Of a stretch of 64,000 bases of DNA, positions 58,868 through 64,000 are shown piece after piece. The position numbers and the translations under genes are program-made. The DNA is from an uncultured bacterium (GTDB lineage: Bacteria; CSSED10-310; CAZUFC01). The stretch lies in assembly GCA_964619725.1 (NCBI GenBank), contig CAZUFC010000038.1, positions 1 to 64,000 on the forward strand. The letters run 5' to 3'. The first letter of the stretch is position 1. Every line of letters starts with the position of its first letter. Below the pieces are notes generated by a model, which did no database searches, was not told the origin of the DNA, and worked only from the letters and a program-made list of their open reading frames with translations.

Positions 58868-59736
58868 GGATTCGTTTCCACAGGATTAACTTTGAACTTT
58901 CTAAATTTTCTTATGCGGGTTAAGTCTATCTGCGGAACGTGTTCTTCGACCAGGGACAGGATTTCTTCCGTCAAATTTTCCAGTATTTCTGCCGCTTGCG
59001 GGCCTTCGGCATTGATGATCGAATTGATTTTCTCCACGCAGTCCACAGGTTTGACGGGCATGCGGGAGAGCTCGTACTGAATCCAACGCGGTTCCGCGAT
59101 GGAAAAGTAGACTTTATTGATGCCGCTGAGAACGGCAAGGAGATTTTTGAGCATCATGCAGATGCCGTCATAATAGAACAGAATGTCGTTTCTTTTCCAG
59201 CCTTGGTTATGCAGCGACCCCGGCATGTAAAAACGCAGGTGTCTTCTTATGACGTTCTGCGCCAGTTCATCAGGATAATCTGAAATTACTTTTTTCCATT
59301 CATCAACCAGCGTTTGGCCGTGAAGAGCGATGGAATCGAGGAAGCCTCCCAGAGATTTGATCAGGTTCTGATCCGGTTCATGCTTTTTTAGAATCCTGTC
59401 GGTCCATTCTTCCCATAGGCGGAGTGATGTATGACCGAAATCAACCTTCAGATTCTTGAAGTAATATTCTTCCAGATAAATGTCTGCCTGACCCATTTTC
59501 TGAAGCATTGTCCGGTTGCTGTTCAGGCTCCTCAGAGGCATGCCTTCCAGAAATTCCATATCCATTTTATCCCAATAGATAACGATATCCAGGTCCGAAT
59601 ATAGATCGGACAGCCCTCTCGACGGCGATCCCCCAAGAACGATCATTTTGACCTCGGGATGAGAAGAATAATATTCAGAAAGCTTGATCGCCGCATCAAT
59701 TCTCCATTGACTTTCATAAGCCGGGTCTTTTTTCAT
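58858..59736 (-). CDS. Nucleotidyltransferase-fold protein (DUF4037-like)
   Basis: LGGS.SRG.SD.YSDLDI pol-beta motif; W....YP..LA; L.GIN..Y. Confidence 0.7.
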   Translation of the reverse strand: MKKDPAYESQWRIDAAIKLSEYYSSHPEVKMIVLGGSPSRGLSDLYSDLDIVIYWDKMDMEFLEGMPLRSLNSNRTMLQKMGQADIYLEEYYFKNLKVDFGHTSLRLWEEWTDRILKKHEPDQNLIKSLGGFLDSIALHGQTLVDEWKKVISDYPDELAQNVIRRHLRFYMPGSLHNQGWKRNDILFYYDGICMMLKNLLAVLSGINKVYFSIAEPRWIQYELSRMPVKPVDCVEKINSIINAEGPQAAEILENLTEEILSLVEEHVPQIDLTRIRKFRKFKVNPVETNPFL

Positions 59737-59947
59737 TTTTTATCATTTTCCTTTTTAGCGTGTGATGATGATGTTATGCCGCACCGCAACGAAGACTCTT
59801 CATGGATAACCACAAGCGAAGCGTTAAAATGTTTCAAAAGGCGGTCGATGTCTATTATAAAATTTTTGTTGCAGAAAATAAAATTGGTGGAGAAGAGAGA
59901 AATGGTGTAGAATAGAATGAGGATTAAGTGAAGAAGGAGGTTCGATC

Positions 59948-61435
59948 ATGGCAGGCGGAAAAAAAGTAATCGTTATCGGCGCCGGACTGGGCGGAATAGC
60001 TGCGGCTATAACGCTCAGGGCGGCGGGTTTTGATGTTGAAATGTATGAAAAAAACGATAAGGTCGGCGGCAAACTCAATGTATTGAAAAAAGAAGGTTTT
60101 TCTTTCGACCTGGGTCCGTCCATATTAATTTTGCCTCAATTTTTCCGCAGTATTTTCGAGCGCGCAGGGAAAAATATGGATGATTATGTTGAGTTGCAGG
60201 AGGTTGTGCCTCAGTGGAGGACCTTTTTTGAAGATGGAACGGTAATCGATTTGTATTCGGATATACGTCTTATCGAGAAGGAGCTTGCCAAATTCGGCGA
60301 AGAGAACGTAAAAGGTTTTTATAAATTCCTGGAGTATTCCAAGCGTCTGTATCATTTTACGGATGAGACATATTTCCGCGGAGCGGCCGATTCGATTAAG
60401 GATATGTCCGGAGCGGGCGGTTTCTGGAGAATTCAGCGGGGCACCGATTATCCGTTCTCGGTCGCTCAGGGCGTAGCCGCACGGGTGAAAGAACCTCATT
60501 GGAGAGTTCTCCTGGATTATTTCATCAAGTATGTCGGTTCTTCCGCATATGATGCTCCGGCAGTGTTGAACCTGATGCTTTATTCTCAGTTGGCCTACGG
60601 ACTCTGGTATGTCAAGGGAGGGATGTATAATTTAGCGGAAGGATTCAGGCGATGCATGGATGAGATAGGCGTGAAAGTGCATTTGAACAGTGAAGTGGAG
60701 GCCATTGAGTCCCGGGGACGACAGGTTAAAGCGATCAGGTTGAAGGATGAAACTGAAGAAATCGAGGCTGATATAATCGTATCCAACATGGAGGTTATCC
60801 CGACATACAAGAGACTGATGAAGAAGGATTCCGGTTTCATGAAGAATTATGAAAAATACGAGCCGGCGTGTTCAGGACTGGTTGTTCATGTGGGCGTTGA
60901 CTGTGAGTATCCTCAATTAAGGCATCACGATTTTTATTTTTCAGGTGATGAGAAAAAACTGTTCAAAACGATTTTCAGGCACAAACGGCTTCCGGATGAC
61001 CCCTCGGTTTACATGGTGGCTCCTACGAAGTCCGACAAAAGCCTGGCTCCCCCCGGACATGAAATTATCAAGATGCTTCCTCATATTCCCTACATCCAGG
61101 ATGATCCTTTCACGGCTTCGGATTACGACAGGTTCAAGGAGCGCCTTTACGACAAATTGGAGAGAATGGGGCTTGAGGATTTGAGGAAGCACATCGTAGT
61201 GGAGGATGTTTTAACGCCTGAAGACATACGGAGAATGTATTATACGAACCGCGGCGCTATTTACGGCGTCGTATCGCACAGATTCAAAAACATGGGTTTC
61301 AAGGCGCCGAAGGAAAGCGAAGAGTATGAGAATTTATATTTTGCCGGAGGCAGCGTTAATCCGGGGCCGGGTATGCCTATGGTGTTGCTGTCCGGCCGGC
61401 AGACGGCCGACAAGATAATAAAGGAATACAGCTAG
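59948..61435 (+). CDS. Phytoene desaturase-family FAD enzyme, CrtP/CrtNb (C30 oxidase)-like
   Basis: GAGLGG, FDLGPSIL, YFIKYVGSS.YDAPAV, WYVKGGMY, GAIYGVV, GGSVNPG.GMPMV.LSG. Confidence 0.8.
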   Translation: MAGGKKVIVIGAGLGGIAAAITLRAAGFDVEMYEKNDKVGGKLNVLKKEGFSFDLGPSILILPQFFRSIFERAGKNMDDYVELQEVVPQWRTFFEDGTVIDLYSDIRLIEKELAKFGEENVKGFYKFLEYSKRLYHFTDETYFRGAADSIKDMSGAGGFWRIQRGTDYPFSVAQGVAARVKEPHWRVLLDYFIKYVGSSAYDAPAVLNLMLYSQLAYGLWYVKGGMYNLAEGFRRCMDEIGVKVHLNSEVEAIESRGRQVKAIRLKDETEEIEADIIVSNMEVIPTYKRLMKKDSGFMKNYEKYEPACSGLVVHVGVDCEYPQLRHHDFYFSGDEKKLFKTIFRHKRLPDDPSVYMVAPTKSDKSLAPPGHEIIKMLPHIPYIQDDPFTASDYDRFKERLYDKLERMGLEDLRKHIVVEDVLTPEDIRRMYYTNRGAIYGVVSHRFKNMGFKAPKESEEYENLYFAGGSVNPGPGMPMVLLSGRQTADKIIKEYS

Positions 61436-61505
61436 CGCCTGTCCATGAACTGGCCGGGGCTGAAATCTGAGGTAACCAGGCTATGGAAAAACAAAGAAGG
61501 GGGCG

Positions 61506-62999
61506 ATGAATTTGAAGAGAAAAAAGGTTGTCGTTATTGGAGCGGGTCCGGGAGGATTATCCGCTGCCATGCTTCTTGCCGGGAGAGGCTATAATGTTGA
61601 AGTTTACGAGAAACACGATTCCGTCGGAGGGCGCACATCTTCATTTTCCGAAAATGGGTATACTTTCGATGTCGGTCCGACGTTTCTCATGATGAATTAT
61701 ATCCTGGAGGAAATTTTCGAATTATCGGGACGAAAGCTTGAGGATTATCTGGATTTGAAATGTCTTGACCCGATGTACCGGCTTGTTTTCGCCGACGGAA
61801 AAGAATTTTTCCCCAGTATGGACAGGGACAAAACGCGCGAGCAGGTCAGAAAATTGTTTCCCGGTCGGGAAGAGGGCTACGACAAGTTTTTCCGATACGA
61901 AGAGAAAAAGTATAAAAGATTGATCCCCTGCCTGCAGGTTCCTTACGACTCCTATCGCGATCTTTTCGCAAAACACATTTTAAAGGCTGTGCCGTATGTC
62001 GATATTCACAAGAGTCTCTATCGGCATTTGGAGAGTTATTTTCAAGACCCCCAGTTGACCATAGCTTTCACTTTTCAGGCCAAATACCTGGGGATGTCGC
62101 CCTGGAGCTGCCCGGCGCTGTTCAGCATTATACCTTACATTGAACATGCCATGGGGGTTTATCATCCCATAGGAGGATTAAATCAGATAACGAAGGCGAT
62201 GACTAAAGCGTTGGAAGAGGAGAACGGCAAAGTATTTTTAAGTACCCCGGTGAAGAAAATTTTAATTGAAAACGGAACGGCCGTCGGCGTCTTGCTGGAG
62301 AACGGGGAAAAAGTTGAGGCGGACCATTTCATCATAAACGCTGATTTTGCCTATGCCATGGCTAACCTGGTTGATGAAGCGGACCGGCCCCGGTATACGA
62401 ATGCAGCCCTGGCGAATAAAGGTTATTCCTGTTCTACCTTCATGCTCTATTTAGGGCTCGATAAAAAATACGATCTCCCGCATCACAGCATCATATTCGC
62501 TGAAGATTACAAGAGGAATGTCGATGAAATCAGCGATTCGCTGGTCCTTTCGGCTGATCCCTCAGTATATGTTCAGAATGCTTCAGTGACTGATCCCACA
62601 TTAGCCCCCGAAGGCAAATCCACCATCTATGTCCTGGTTCCGGTCCCCAACAATAAAAGCGGTATAGACTGGAAGAAGGAAAAACCCGCTTTCCGGGAAA
62701 AAGTTTTGGACATCATTGAAACCAGGGGCGGCTTCGAAGGATTGCGGAATCATATCGAATACGAGAAAATAGTGACTCCGCAGTGGTGGCAGGATGAAAA
62801 AAACATATATATCGGCGCCACTTTCAATTTAGCGCACAACATCAGGCAGATGCTGATGTGGAGACCTCACAATAAATTCGAGGAATTCAAAAATTGCTAT
62901 ATCGTGGGCGGCGGGACGCATCCCGGAAGCGGACTTCCCACTATTTTCGAATCGGGAAGAATATCTTCCGGTCTCATTCTGCGCGAAGACCTTTGGTAG
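61506..62999 (+). CDS. crtN: Phytoene desaturase-family enzyme, CrtN (4,4'-diapophytoene desaturase)-like
   Basis: GAGPGG, FDVGPTFLMM, FTFQAKYLGMSPW.CP.LF, SCSTFMLYLG, GATFNLAH, GGGTHPGSGLPTIFESGRI. Confidence 0.75.
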   Translation: MNLKRKKVVVIGAGPGGLSAAMLLAGRGYNVEVYEKHDSVGGRTSSFSENGYTFDVGPTFLMMNYILEEIFELSGRKLEDYLDLKCLDPMYRLVFADGKEFFPSMDRDKTREQVRKLFPGREEGYDKFFRYEEKKYKRLIPCLQVPYDSYRDLFAKHILKAVPYVDIHKSLYRHLESYFQDPQLTIAFTFQAKYLGMSPWSCPALFSIIPYIEHAMGVYHPIGGLNQITKAMTKALEEENGKVFLSTPVKKILIENGTAVGVLLENGEKVEADHFIINADFAYAMANLVDEADRPRYTNAALANKGYSCSTFMLYLGLDKKYDLPHHSIIFAEDYKRNVDEISDSLVLSADPSVYVQNASVTDPTLAPEGKSTIYVLVPVPNNKSGIDWKKEKPAFREKVLDIIETRGGFEGLRNHIEYEKIVTPQWWQDEKNIYIGATFNLAHNIRQMLMWRPHNKFEEFKNCYIVGGGTHPGSGLPTIFESGRISSGLILREDLW

Positions 63000-63021
63000 G
63001 AGAATATTAAAGCGGAAAGGT

Positions 63022-63714
63022 TTATTGTTGCCCTGAGGAATTGAAGTCTGATTCGTCGAGCCAGAGCGGGACCTCACGCTTTCCCCGGGGAGAGAGTTCA
63101 TATATGCCGCGCGACACCCTGTCAAACCAACCGTAAACGTTTCTATACAGAATATTCCGGGCTTTGGGTTCGTTGAGGGTTTCGGCAATGTGTGAAGCCT
63201 TTGACGCTCCTTCTTTCTGAAGAAAACGGGCGATGGCCAGGGCTCTCTGCCGGTAGGCCGTCATTATGCCTTTTCTTTTTTGTTTACCGCCGAGGTTCGG
63301 GTCGCCTACCCGGTTCATGAACTCGCCGAGAAGCCGTTCACGGCGAAATTTAGATCGGCGGGGTTTGTACTCGCCGGGATCAATAATCACGTCGACGCTG
63401 CCGGTATCCAGCGCCGGGTCAATAACCAGGAGCCCCAGCCCAAGCATCCGAAACAGTTTGACGATCTGCTTCCGTCGCCTTTTCATGATATTGCATTGCC
63501 TGGGGATGCCGATATAGACTTTGGGCGTCATGGCTATTCTGTCCACAGCCTGAAGGATCACGTTAAGGTTGAGAGATAGTTTGAGCTCAACGACGACTGG
63601 CTCTTCATCGCCCCGTACAGCTATGGCGTCGCAGTCCTGGACTTCCCCTTTTACCGTATAATTCTGAGATTCCAGGAACCTTTTCAGGGGCGAATACAGA
63701 TCAGATTCTTTCAT
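63022..63714 (-). CDS. DUF2161-family putative PD-(D/E)xK protein
   Basis: E.DLY.P.K.FL....Y.VKGEV..CD...VELK, LGLGL, R.GDPN.GG, TAYRQ.AL, N.YGWF.RV.RG.Y.L; start probably ATG 63714. Confidence 0.85.
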   Translation of the reverse strand: MKESDLYSPLKRFLESQNYTVKGEVQDCDAIAVRGDEEPVVVELKLSLNLNVILQAVDRIAMTPKVYIGIPRQCNIMKRRRKQIVKLFRMLGLGLLVIDPALDTGSVDVIIDPGEYKPRRSKFRRERLLGEFMNRVGDPNLGGKQKRKGIMTAYRQRALAIARFLQKEGASKASHIAETLNEPKARNILYRNVYGWFDRVSRGIYELSPRGKREVPLWLDESDFNSSGQQ

Positions 63715-64000
63715 GATCGTTCTTTCTTCACTGAAACCGGACCGCCAAGACTCACATTCAGCCGTAGCCATTTTCTGGGTTTCTTTGCATTAAACCCGGC
63801 AGTATGGTTAATGGCGGAATTACCATTGTCGTTCTTTGAAGTCGCTTCATCCGCTGCATTGATGCCGCCGCTTCGGCAGAGTTGGACTTCAGAATTCAAT
63901 CTATCAGTTTTTTGCTTTCAGGCAAAGATGCACCGAGAGTAATCAAATGCCGGCGAAAATAACCTCCTAACCCGGATTTCTCATACAAAATCGTAGTGAG

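Overview
This is a 64-kb chromosomal window from a probably diderm bacterium (it encodes TolC/RND and a sigma-54 activator). I could not recognise any rRNA, tRNA, CRISPR array, intact transposase or prophage. 0-13 kb: a decayed surface-protein gene, a DUF6883/DUF4926-like pair, a glycoside hydrolase-like protein, an LTA-synthase/sulfatase-family protein and an esterase-TolC-MFP-RND operon. 13-43 kb: a cell-surface island with three large secreted proteins. Each has Thr/Pro-rich linkers and ends in an IPTL-CTERM-like sorting tail (triple H-type-lectin-like; double FG-GAP propeller; multi-beta-helix). The island also holds a 106-triplet collagen fibre with an S74 chaperone domain, trpB2 and three GT-C-type membrane glycosyltransferases. 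43-49 kb: metabolic and repair genes (AKR, EEP, pyk, methyltransferase, radical SAM). 49.4-56 kb: a compact signalling module of a Ser/Thr kinase-TPR protein, a GAF-sigma54 activator and two small Cys-containing secreted proteins. Each small gene has its own sigma-54 -24/-12 promoter, and both promoters share an upstream palindrome, TCGCYG-N4-CGGCGAAAA. 56-64 kb: M20 peptidase, YceH, a nucleotidyltransferase-like protein, two C30-type carotenoid desaturase homologues and DUF2161. Intergenic spaces carry a dispersed family of palindromic MITE-like elements with GGCATTGATCAAA...TTTGATCAGTCCC ends. All family assignments come from motif recognition by eye, not database searches.
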